Of a stretch of DNA of 64,000 nt, positions 31,283-40,190 are shown in pieces. This DNA comes from an uncultured delta proteobacterium (lineage in GTDB: Bacteria; Myxococcota_A; Polyangia; Polyangiales; Polyangiaceae): the NCBI GenBank assembly GCA_963782055.1, contig CAWAIF010000003.1, forward strand, positions 6,912,001-6,976,000, given 5' to 3'. Under the pieces are notes generated by a model that saw only the letters and a list, made by a program, of their open reading frames with translations, searched no databases and was not told where the DNA came from. Made by a program: the position numbers and the translations under genes. Numbering within the stretch: position 1 is the first letter of the stretch; each line of letters starts with the position of its first letter.

Positions 31283-31981
31283 TCAGGCTCCCTGCGCGAG
31301 CGCGAGCGCCCAGCGCCGATCGTCGGTGGACGCGTCGTCGGACACCAGGGCGCGCCGGGGGGCCAGCGTCTCGACGGCTTCGTCGGCGGCGAGGACCCGA
31401 ACCGGCTGGTTCACGTTGAGCCAGGCCGGGGCGAGCGCGACGAGCTGGCGTGCTGCCGGCGGCGTCGCGACGGCGTAGACCTGGCGAAGCCACCCGAGAT
31501 CGCTGCTCTCCCCGAACGCCGCGAGCGCGCTCGCGATCGCGCTGGGCCCGGCGACGAGCAGCCTGTCCGTCGGACCGAGCGATCCGACGGAGAACGGGCT
31601 CAGCTTCGTCTCCCAGGCGGCGGCGACCGCGTCGAGCGCCGCGCCGAGCGTGGTAGGCGCGGGTTCGGCGGCGGTGGCGCGCCAGACCTCCTCGCCGTCG
31701 ACAGGATCGAGCGGCGCCCACTCCGCACCGAAGGGATCGTCCTCCGCCACGTCGTCCAGCCGGAACACCGCCCGCGCGCCCAGCGCCCCGGGCCACTCCG
31801 CGTTCGCGTCACGGATGAGCAGATCGATGCGATCGGAGGTGATGAGGTCCCCTCGAAGTGCGGCCCAGCGCGCGTCGGCCTCGGTGCCGAAGCGGCGTCC
31901 GGTGGGGCGGCGCTGCTCGACGAAGCGAAGCGCGCGGAGCGCTGCCCGGTAGTAGGCGAGAGCGTCGGAGGGCGACACCAT
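31283..31981 (-). CDS. Hypothetical protein (232 aa), first gene of the BREX operon
   Basis: Ends 8 bp before pglW on the same strand; host-like codon usage. Confidence 0.75.
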   Translation of the reverse strand: MVSPSDALAYYRAALRALRFVEQRRPTGRRFGTEADARWAALRGDLITSDRIDLLIRDANAEWPGALGARAVFRLDDVAEDDPFGAEWAPLDPVDGEEVWRATAAEPAPTTLGAALDAVAAAWETKLSPFSVGSLGPTDRLLVAGPSAIASALAAFGESSDLGWLRQVYAVATPPAARQLVALAPAWLNVNQPVRVLAADEAVETLAPRRALVSDDASTDDRRWALALAQGA

Positions 31982-32116
31982 TGGAGTGTCGGCCAGGGTA
32001 GACGATTTTGCGACCGGGAAGGAGAGCGAGGGCGGGGAGCGGGCCCGCCCCCGCTACAGGCGCGGAAAGCGCCTAGTTCGTTGCGAGGCACCGTGCGGTG
32101 GGCGGCCGAGCCTGCA

Positions 32117-32935
32117 TCACCGCGCGTGCGCCCATGCCCCGCGACGCTCGCGATAGTGCCGGGCGATGACCTCGCGCACGATGCTCGCGTCCAAGATGCG
32201 GAGACGACCTCCGCTCGCCGCAGTGACGATGCCGGCGAACTCGTGGATGCCTGCCTCGACGTGGCCGACGAACGCGGCGCCCCCGCTCAGACCAGCGAGG
32301 TCGCCGGTGGCCCGGTCGGGGGGCACGAGGCACTCGTAGATTCCACGCGACTCGGTGGGCCCCAGGAACCTGCAGTCGCAAAGGAAGCGTTGGACCTGAA
32401 CCGTCAAGGAGTGGTGGTCCATCTGGTTCTGCACGCTGCGTGGGAAACCGTGCACACGGACGATCTCGCCTGGACGGACGTCACGGAGCGCGGCGAGGCG
32501 CCAGCGGTCGATCTCGACAGTCGTCTCGGGCGGCGGCACGCCGTCGGCGCAGCGCATGACCAGCAGATCGGTCCAGGCGGTGTCTTCGTCGCCGGGGGGA
32601 GCATCCACGGTCACACCGAGGCTCGTGGCAAGGCGCTCGCCCAGGCTGTCGAGGGTGCGAGGTACGAAGAGATCTGCTGGCTGGAGCCGATGGTTCCTGA
32701 GCACGTGGCGCGCGGTCGCGATCCAGCTCTCTCCGCGGTAGGTGATGAGCGTCGCCGTGGCGGGAGGGAAGAAGAGCTCGTAGCCCGGCACGCGCGTTTC
32801 CCCGAAGATGGGGCGGACGACATCACGCGCGGCGTCCAGGGTGATGGACCTCGCGCGAGGTAGCCGACGCCGACCATGGCACTCCGTGAAGGTGCGCCCG
32901 CTATCGCAGAAACAGAGAATCCGAGCGGTCATCAT
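32117..32935 (-). CDS. SEC-C zinc motif + trypsin-like serine protease
   Basis: CFCDSGRTFTECHG; TARHV, TDL and GLSGG catalytic-triad pattern. Confidence 0.7.
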   Translation of the reverse strand: MMTARILCFCDSGRTFTECHGRRRLPRARSITLDAARDVVRPIFGETRVPGYELFFPPATATLITYRGESWIATARHVLRNHRLQPADLFVPRTLDSLGERLATSLGVTVDAPPGDEDTAWTDLLVMRCADGVPPPETTVEIDRWRLAALRDVRPGEIVRVHGFPRSVQNQMDHHSLTVQVQRFLCDCRFLGPTESRGIYECLVPPDRATGDLAGLSGGAAFVGHVEAGIHEFAGIVTAASGGRLRILDASIVREVIARHYRERRGAWAHAR

Positions 32936-33022
32936 ACGTGCGGCCGGTGGGTCCCCCGGGCGTCTGGCTCGTAGGAGGATGGCAGGCGTGATACTACCAC
33001 CTCGTAGACTCAGGAGGTTAGG

Positions 33023-34672
33023 ATGGAGATACGGGTCCGACGTTATTCGCTTGACCAGCTGCGACGGCTCTTCGACGAACGGCTGCTCGCGGTGCCAGAG
33101 ATCCAACGCGAATTCGTCTGGGACGCCCGGAAGGTATGCGCGCTGCTCGACAGCCTCTATCGTGGCTACCCGATAGGGTCGGCGCTCGTCTGGCAAACGA
33201 CGAGAATGAACCACACCCAGCTCCGCGAGAAGCTGCACATTCTTCCGGCCTACGACCCCAGCAATCGCGAGATCTGGTTCATCGTGGACGGGCAGCAGCG
33301 GCTCTCCGTTCTCTACAACATCCTCGGTGGAGAGCGACGGACCGTGCGCAGCCACCGCGGCCGCACCATCGCCTTCGACCGGTTCTACTTCTACACCGGC
33401 TCGCCGAACGACGAGATGGAGCCCTTCGTGTATCGCCAGGGGAAGCCCGCTCGGGGCTACGTGCCGGTGGTCGACGTGCTCGGCGATCGGCGTCACCGGG
33501 GACTCCGCCTTGGCCGCCTCGCCACGCGACGTGCGGATGACTGTCGCTCCCGTCTGCTCGGCGCCACCTTCTTCCTCCAGGTCATGTCCGCCGACCGGCT
33601 CGAGGACGTGCGCGAGACCTTCATCCGGATCAACGCTCAAGGCACGCCGGTGAACAGCGCCGACAAGGCGTTCGCACGAGCATCGGACCTCCAGGTTCGC
33701 CACCACGTCCGCAATGCGATCGCACGGCTGCACCCCGCGGGCTTTGGAGAGCTCTCTGACGAGGTCATTCTCTCGGTGCTCGCCTTCCTCCTCGGTGGCG
33801 GTGACATCGCCGGCCGCGCCTGGGAGCGGATGGTCCGGCAGATCGAGTCAGGTGAGATCTCCCGGCGAGACTTCGATCGTGCGTGGCACGCCCTCGAGCG
33901 AGGTCTTCCCTACGCCATCGATTACCTCCGGTCCCAATTCGGCGTCGCGCATCATGGCCTCCTTCCTTCAGGCCAGCTCGTGGCGCTGCTGACGCTGTAC
34001 TTCGCCCGGCGGGGACCCAAGCGGCCCTCGCGTGAAGCAGCCAAGCTCCTCCGACGGTGGTTCTGGCTCGCGGCCGTCTCCGATCGGTACAGCGGCCGTG
34101 GGTACCGGAAGCACCTGGCGAGCGACGCGAGCTTCATGAGCCGTCTGGCCGAGCGCGGGACAGCCCGCCTGGCGGTGGACGAGCTGCCGCCGCTCCGAGA
34201 TCTCCGGCACGCGGAGTACTCGGCGCGCTCCTCGCTGTCGCGCGCATACTTCTGCCTGCTCGCGCTGCAGAAGCCTCGCTACCTGGAGGATGGCAGCCTC
34301 GTCCCAACCGAAGCCTACGTGAGCCCCGCGAACCGCCCGGACCGGCACCACATCTTCCCGCGCCACCACCTTCTTCAACATGGGTTCGGTGCGCGCTACT
34401 ACAATGCCATCCCGAACGTGTGCTTGCTCGTCGCGCGCGAGAACCAGAGCATCGGCTCCAAGCCGCCGCGAAAGTATCTGGAAGACGTCTCGCAATCGCT
34501 ACGCGCACGACGGGTCGCGCTTCGGAGTCATCTGATCCCCGACGGCCCCACTTCGGCGGTGTGGGCACCGAACACGCGGGGTTCCTTCCCCGCGTTCCTC
34601 GACGAGCGCGCGACCGTGATCGCCAAGGCGTTCGAGGACCAGGCGGGGATCCGACTCTTCCGGCGCGACTGA
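33023..34672 (+). CDS. DUF262 (GmrS-like) protein with C-terminal HNH-like motif
   Basis: PEIQREFVW, DGQQRL, FIRIN; DRHHIFP...N...N. Confidence 0.88.
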   Translation: MEIRVRRYSLDQLRRLFDERLLAVPEIQREFVWDARKVCALLDSLYRGYPIGSALVWQTTRMNHTQLREKLHILPAYDPSNREIWFIVDGQQRLSVLYNILGGERRTVRSHRGRTIAFDRFYFYTGSPNDEMEPFVYRQGKPARGYVPVVDVLGDRRHRGLRLGRLATRRADDCRSRLLGATFFLQVMSADRLEDVRETFIRINAQGTPVNSADKAFARASDLQVRHHVRNAIARLHPAGFGELSDEVILSVLAFLLGGGDIAGRAWERMVRQIESGEISRRDFDRAWHALERGLPYAIDYLRSQFGVAHHGLLPSGQLVALLTLYFARRGPKRPSREAAKLLRRWFWLAAVSDRYSGRGYRKHLASDASFMSRLAERGTARLAVDELPPLRDLRHAEYSARSSLSRAYFCLLALQKPRYLEDGSLVPTEAYVSPANRPDRHHIFPRHHLLQHGFGARYYNAIPNVCLLVARENQSIGSKPPRKYLEDVSQSLRARRVALRSHLIPDGPTSAVWAPNTRGSFPAFLDERATVIAKAFEDQAGIRLFRRD

Positions 34673-34829
34673 ATCGCGCGTACGGAGCGCCGTGAGTCTG
34701 GACGCTCATGTGCCCGGGCCGTCGCCTATGTGACGGAGGTGGTCGGCCGGGAGCTCCCGCAAACCCAGCCTCCGGTTGAGCGCGTTCGTCAGCGCGCCGC
34801 CCGCAAGACCTGAGCGTGACCCGCCGGGC

Positions 34830-36274
34830 CATGCCCGATCTCTTAAGCACCGATCGCCCCAAGTTTGAGGGCGATTCGTTTCCTGGAGCGTGAAGGTTGT
34901 CGTTCGCGTGCCAGAGCGACGAGTGCCGCGCCCACGGTGGTCACGACGGCAGTCCACGCGGCGGTGCTCAGGGAGACGAGGGCGTCGACCAGGTCCCGCG
35001 CGTAGGCGCGCACGACGTGCAACGTCGCCAGGGGGCGCAGTTGCTCGAGAGGGACGTCGCGCGCGAGTGCAGCCTGGATCCTGACCGAGCGCACGAGCGC
35101 GTGGGCGAGCATCGCGCCGTAGGTGAGCGCCTTGATCGCGTGGGGATCGGCGGTGAAGGAGCGGCCGAGGTCGGCGGTCTGCTTCAGCTCGCGAAAGAGC
35201 AGCTCGATCAGCCAGCGGAGTCGGTAGGTCTGGATGATCTGCCGTGGCGAGAGCACGCTGCGCGGCACGGTGGTCAGGTACCAGCGGATGACGGTCGACT
35301 TGTGCGCGAGTCCCACGAGCCGCAATGCGACGGTGTCCTTGCCCTTGCCCCACGTCACGTCGAGGTCGAAGATCGTCCCGCGCTTGCGCGACACGCTCTG
35401 CAGGTAGTAGCCAAGCGACCAGTTGTGGAGCGGGGTGTGGCCGTTCTCCGAGATGTGCGCGGTCACGCGTACCTTCGCCGTGGTCTTGAGGCGCATCAGC
35501 ACGTGCGCGCCGGCAGCCTTCGCCTGGGTGAACAGAGCGCGCTCGAAAAAGCCGAGGTCGAAGAGGTAGAGCACCCCGCGCGTGAAGCTCGGGACCAGCT
35601 TCCGCCACAGCGGCGTCTCCGACGCGGTCTCCGCGTCGGAGACGCCGTGCTCGAGCAGGCCGGTCTTGATGCTGTAGCCCATCACCCACTTGGTGCCGGC
35701 CTTGCCCTTGGTGCATCCCGGCAGCAGCTCGCGCCCGCGCGGTGGCACGCGCTGCCCCGTACCGTCGTAGACCCGCACGTCCTCGAAGCGGGCGAGCGGC
35801 CCGCTCAGCTCCAGGCCCGCCGCCTTCGTCACTGACGCCACGAGGTGCTCGAGCGCCGCGCGGAAGAACGCCGCCGCCGACTCCTGCTTGAACCGCTTCT
35901 GGAACGGGCACGGGCGCATGAAGCCGAAGCGCCTCACGAAGATCGCCCGCAGCGACTCGAACGACAGCGTCTGGCCCGCGAGGAACCCCTCGACGACCGT
36001 GAGCACCAGGCGGAACGCGGTGGCGCGCCGCTGCCGCGGGTTGTAGCCGGTGCGGCCCCGAAGCTCGTCGATGACCGCCGGCGTGAAGGTCCGCTGCAGC
36101 TGCTCCTCCACCGCGCTCGCCTCTTCGCTCGGGTCTGGACGGCTGCTCGTGGCTCGGGTAGCTCTCGTCGTCATCGGGCGTCCTCTCCTTGTTGGTGTCG
36201 CAACCGAACAACGAGAAAGGCGCCCGATTTATTTCCATCATTCCGCCACGTTATGTCCAAAGGATCTGGCCATG
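34830..36274 (-). mobile_element. IS4-family insertion sequence (1445 bp) with 10-bp target site duplication
   Basis: Ends CATGCCCGATCTCTTA (34830) and, on the minus strand, CATGGCCAGATCCTTT (36274); CCCGCCGGGC on both flanks (34820-34829, 36275-36284). Confidence 0.88.
34843..36174 (-). CDS. IS4-family DDE transposase
   Basis: YDGT, FDLGF, YRLRWLIELLFRELK (YREK signature). Confidence 0.92.
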   Translation of the reverse strand: MTTRATRATSSRPDPSEEASAVEEQLQRTFTPAVIDELRGRTGYNPRQRRATAFRLVLTVVEGFLAGQTLSFESLRAIFVRRFGFMRPCPFQKRFKQESAAAFFRAALEHLVASVTKAAGLELSGPLARFEDVRVYDGTGQRVPPRGRELLPGCTKGKAGTKWVMGYSIKTGLLEHGVSDAETASETPLWRKLVPSFTRGVLYLFDLGFFERALFTQAKAAGAHVLMRLKTTAKVRVTAHISENGHTPLHNWSLGYYLQSVSRKRGTIFDLDVTWGKGKDTVALRLVGLAHKSTVIRWYLTTVPRSVLSPRQIIQTYRLRWLIELLFRELKQTADLGRSFTADPHAIKALTYGAMLAHALVRSVRIQAALARDVPLEQLRPLATLHVVRAYARDLVDALVSLSTAAWTAVVTTVGAALVALARERQPSRSRKRIALKLGAIGA

Positions 36275-37296
36275 CCCGCCGGGCCGAGGAGGTACAGATC
36301 GCTCCCGGGGGCGGATTGGACCACCCGTGCGACTTCCCAGGGCTCTAGTCCCACCGAACGTGCCATTTCCATGTCGTCGGCAAACGCGGCGAGCCGGCGA
36401 CTCGTCCATTCGGTGGTCGCCCGGGCGATGTGAAGCTGGGAAACGGTCTGCGCCAGGCTAGCCTGAAATTGGGCAACGACCATCGGCCCCGCCTCGCATG
36501 CCGCATCCGAACGACTTCTGAAGGCGGCGACAGGGTCGGGCGTCATGTTCTCTACTAGTTCACTTGCGCAGGAGGCGGCAGCGTGGCGAAAGGCGCCTTC
36601 GTCGCCGACGATGAACTCAGCCTGAATCTCCCCAATGGCCGCAGCAACGTAGCGGCCCTGAAGTTCGAGGACGGACGCCAGGGGGACTTGAAGATCCTGC
36701 CAAGGGTCCGCATGGCACCAGAGTTCAATGTAGAGCTTCCGTGACTCCTGAAAAAGGCGCCGCGCGTCGGTCGCAAGCTCCCGCCGCGTCGCCGGGGAAT
36801 TGGCGGCGATCGCCCTCTCAAGCGACTCCGCTGCTGCCATCATCCGCGCGACAGACAGTGCCTCGACGTGCACGTGTAAACGATCAACGGAGGCGCGAAG
36901 GCGGTCGATCTTCGCGAGGACGTCATCGAGCTTGCCATCGATTCGGGAAAGGCGATGCAGGACGACCGCAAATCCGGCGCACGAGACCGCAAGGTTGGCA
37001 ACGCTTGCGAGCGCGCCAATCGTTGACGTGACCTCCAACGCGTCGAGGGCCGGCTGGATCCTCGACATCGCGTGCGATGCTGCCATCGCCCGTCTCGCCC
37101 CTGACACGCTAAGCGGAAGGTTCGCCAGCTGCCGGGACAATTCGGCGCCCTGAACGGGGTAGAGCGCGTCGGCGAAACGGCCTGTCGCACGCCAGCACAC
37201 GCGGTTCGCCGCCTTGTTGATATAGACAACGCCCTTCTCAAGCAGTGGGAGCCACTTAGCAGACGGATATAGGTACTGCGCGTAGTCGGTGATCAT
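36238..37296 (-). CDS. Hypothetical protein with hydrophobic segment and coiled coil; C-terminus replaced by IS4
   Basis: IGALASVANLAVSCAGFAVV then RLSRIDGKLDDVLAKID; ATGA overlap with the upstream gene. Confidence 0.7.
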   Translation of the reverse strand: MITDYAQYLYPSAKWLPLLEKGVVYINKAANRVCWRATGRFADALYPVQGAELSRQLANLPLSVSGARRAMAASHAMSRIQPALDALEVTSTIGALASVANLAVSCAGFAVVLHRLSRIDGKLDDVLAKIDRLRASVDRLHVHVEALSVARMMAAAESLERAIAANSPATRRELATDARRLFQESRKLYIELWCHADPWQDLQVPLASVLELQGRYVAAAIGEIQAEFIVGDEGAFRHAAASCASELVENMTPDPVAAFRSRSDAACEAGPMVVAQFQASLAQTVSQLHIARATTEWTSRRLAAFADDMEMARSVGLEPWEVARVVQSAPGSDLYLLGPAGMARSFGHNVAE

Positions 37297-37925
37297 GTCT
37301 CGTCCCCCCGGCGGAGGGCATCCTCCGCGTCCTGACGCTTGCGAATCGAGATGAGATAGAGAACTGCCGGCAAGGTCTTCTTCACGGCTGGGCCCGACCA
37401 TCTTAGAGCAACGAAGACCACTCCGAATGGAAGCGCTGGCACGCCGAGAGCAACCGCCACGCCCCCTGCTGCGAGCACGCCAAGACCGGCCAGTGCGCCA
37501 CGATCCAGCCCGGCATCAATTACCTCGCCGCTCAACGCTGCCTCCGCTGCACGTTGAGCGTCGGCTTTCTCATCGTGGGAGACACTCGCACGATCGGGAC
37601 GGCTTGCGAACGCCATGGCGTGAAGAACATATTCCTCCAACCACTGTTCTTGTGCGGCCTCCCCGGGAGCCCGGCGCGAGAAGCCCGCAGCGTCAGCCGC
37701 AGCACGCACGACGTCGTCAAGGATCGAGCGGTAAGACAGCTCGTGGTCCCCGCGAAAGATGTTCGCGAACGAGTTGCCGCCGGCGCTTCGCAACTCCTTG
37801 CTCACCGCAACGACGTCGACGTCGCGCTCCCCCGAGAGCGTCACCTCGAGGGCGCGCGCGATCCCGCGGAGTTCGGCCTCTGTCGCGACACGGAGACGTG
37901 TGAGAATTGTGTCGCTTGTCGGCAT
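37293..37925 (-). CDS. YaaW/DUF3944-like protein
   Basis: ELRSAGGNSFANIFRG...SYRSILDDV and GPAVKKTLPAVLYL match YaaW-family blocks. Confidence 0.7.
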   Translation of the reverse strand: MPTSDTILTRLRVATEAELRGIARALEVTLSGERDVDVVAVSKELRSAGGNSFANIFRGDHELSYRSILDDVVRAAADAAGFSRRAPGEAAQEQWLEEYVLHAMAFASRPDRASVSHDEKADAQRAAEAALSGEVIDAGLDRGALAGLGVLAAGGVAVALGVPALPFGVVFVALRWSGPAVKKTLPAVLYLISIRKRQDAEDALRRGDET

Positions 37926-37959
37926 CGTGCTGATCGTACACCGTCGGGGCCGTCGTAGA

Positions 37960-38046
37960 TCTGGCGTCGCGAACGACAGCCTTTACGCTCCAGGAAACGA
38001 ATCGCCCTCAAACCTGGGGCGATCGGTGCCTAAGAGGTCGGGCATG
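37960..38046 (+). mobile_element. Remnant right end of a second copy of the IS4 element (inverted)
   Basis: Near-identical reverse complement of 34830-34915 (transposase 3' end + IR), ending TAAGAGGTCGGGCATG. Confidence 0.85.
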
Positions 38047-38056
38047 ATGCCGGGCC

Positions 38057-39919
38057 TCAGGCCTCAGCATCGGATTCGACTTCGTCGTCGTCCTCCGCGT
38101 CGCTCGCATCATCGGGGACGGAGTCGCCGACCTGCGCCACCGCCTTGCCCATCGCCTTCGCGACGATCTCGAGGAGCGCGGCCTTGCGCGCCTGATAGAA
38201 CGCCTCGAACTGGTCCGCGCGCAGCGACGCCGGGTCGATGAGGTGGGTTCGGAGGATGTCGTCCATCGCCGGATCCGGAAGCTTCACCTGCGCGTGGGTC
38301 TGGATCTGCTGGAGGTACCCCGACGGCGCCTTCCCCCCGATCATCCGGTTCGCCTTGTAGGAGATCGCAGTCTTGTTGACGATCGCGTTGAACACCTTGG
38401 CAGGGATGCGCTGGGCCTGACACCACTTCTTCGGAAAGATGTGGTGGATGTCGATCTTCCACTCGTCGCGGTCCAGGTCGACCATTCTCGCCTTCCAGAA
38501 GAAGTCCTTGGCCCCGTCTCGCTGGAGGAGCACGTACAGCCCGCGGTAGGCCGCGCTCGTTCGAGAGCGGAGCGTGTCGAGGCGGTTCGGCTGGAAGCCG
38601 GCACCTTGCACCGTCACCGGCTCCGCTCCGCTCGGATCGTCGATCCATCCGAGGAGGCCCTGGAGGTCGAGGGCGATCCGGGTCTCGATGGCGCCGCCAT
38701 ATAGCTCGCCGAGAACGCCGCACCAGAACCAGCGAGACAGCTTGTCTTTGATCCTGGGCTCAAGCCATCGCTCCCCGAGCTGCGAGAGCACGGTAGCTAG
38801 CGGCACGACCTGGCTCCGGTAGGGGAGGAACTTCGGGTGATGGAACCCCTCGCTCCGAAGGAACTTGTCGGCTTCGAGGAACCCGGTGGTGAGCCGGTCG
38901 GCCCATTCTTGGTATGCCGCCAGCGGCATCTCCAGGATGTGCTCGCGCTTCGCCGTGACGGCGGCGAGATCCTTGCCCGAGCGGCCGGCTCGTCGGTCTT
39001 CCTCGCGGCGCGCGTAAGAGTGCAGCAACGAGACGCCCTGCAAGAAGTCGGTCGGCTGGAGGTTCTTGAGAAGCGGTCGCTTTGCGAGACGCCCGTGCCG
39101 CCCGGGCCGATCGGGTGCGGCTCCGAACCAGTCCTCACGCAGGTTGAAGCCATCGGCGGCCCACGTCGCCGTCACCAGCTCGAAGACCGAGAGGGACACG
39201 CCGCCGGTGTTCACCTTCTCGAAGACCAGGCACACCGCCTCCTTTGAGGTGTGCTTCTTGAGGGCGATCACCGGCAGCATGTAGTTGCGGAACGAGTCCA
39301 GGACGCGCTTCCGGAACTCGAGGAAGCGAGCGAACTTGCCCTGATCGTGGGTCATGAGCGCGTACTCCCACGCGCTCGAGTCGAGGATCTGGTCGCAAGG
39401 GAAGTGGAATGCTGCGACCTCGAGCTCTGTCGTCGACAGGTCGAGGTCCACGCGACGGCCGAAGTCGCTCCGGATCTTCCGCTCCTCGTCGACGACAACA
39501 ATCGCGTCCTCGAGGGCTTCTGGTCCACGCAAGGCGGCCTCGATGTTGAAGTAGTAGTGCACCCGAAGCTCGCGCTTCTTCGCGTCGCGCGTCGCGACCG
39601 GCTTCTTCGAGCGCAGCACCTGTGTCAGTGAGGTGAGTCGCTGCTGGCCGTCCAGGATCAGCTGCTCCGCGAGCCGGGCACTCTCGCCGGGGAGATCCAC
39701 TCCCTCCACCGGCCGGACCTGGAACTTCGCGTCACCACCCGTCTCGAGAAGCATCACCGCCCCGATGGGGAAGGAGCGACCGATGCTCACGAGGAGCGAG
39801 CGAATGTGGTCATCGTCCCACACCCAGCCGCGCTGGAAGTCGGGGAGCTGGAGGCGGCCCTCGGCGACGTCGTCGAGCAGTTTGCCGAGCTGCGTCTTCG
39901 TGGAGTCGAAGGTGGACAT
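38057..39919 (-). CDS. DUF262 (GmrS-like) protein with C-terminal HNH-like motif
   Basis: PDFQRGWVW, LDGQQRLTSL, FEKVNTGG; DIHHIFPK...NKT...NR. Confidence 0.9.
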   Translation of the reverse strand: MSTFDSTKTQLGKLLDDVAEGRLQLPDFQRGWVWDDDHIRSLLVSIGRSFPIGAVMLLETGGDAKFQVRPVEGVDLPGESARLAEQLILDGQQRLTSLTQVLRSKKPVATRDAKKRELRVHYYFNIEAALRGPEALEDAIVVVDEERKIRSDFGRRVDLDLSTTELEVAAFHFPCDQILDSSAWEYALMTHDQGKFARFLEFRKRVLDSFRNYMLPVIALKKHTSKEAVCLVFEKVNTGGVSLSVFELVTATWAADGFNLREDWFGAAPDRPGRHGRLAKRPLLKNLQPTDFLQGVSLLHSYARREEDRRAGRSGKDLAAVTAKREHILEMPLAAYQEWADRLTTGFLEADKFLRSEGFHHPKFLPYRSQVVPLATVLSQLGERWLEPRIKDKLSRWFWCGVLGELYGGAIETRIALDLQGLLGWIDDPSGAEPVTVQGAGFQPNRLDTLRSRTSAAYRGLYVLLQRDGAKDFFWKARMVDLDRDEWKIDIHHIFPKKWCQAQRIPAKVFNAIVNKTAISYKANRMIGGKAPSGYLQQIQTHAQVKLPDPAMDDILRTHLIDPASLRADQFEAFYQARKAALLEIVAKAMGKAVAQVGDSVPDDASDAEDDDEVESDAEA

Positions 39920-40190
39920 GGCCTGCGCAGCCCAGGTTGCGACACGAGGCGCGACAATCGCGACCTTCGGCTACCCCTGCGAGTAGATGGGCGTCGAGCA
40001 TCAGACCATCGCAGTCTGCAGCGCGTGTCTATGCTCCCTAGGGAGTACTTGGCCGTGGGACGCTGCCATCGGAGGCGGGTGTCTCCTTCTGCATCCGTGA
40101 AGTTGCACACCGCGTGGCGGGCCACGGTCCACGGAGCGGAATGACCACCCGAATCGACCCATCTTGCCCCACTTGAGCTAACATGTCCCA

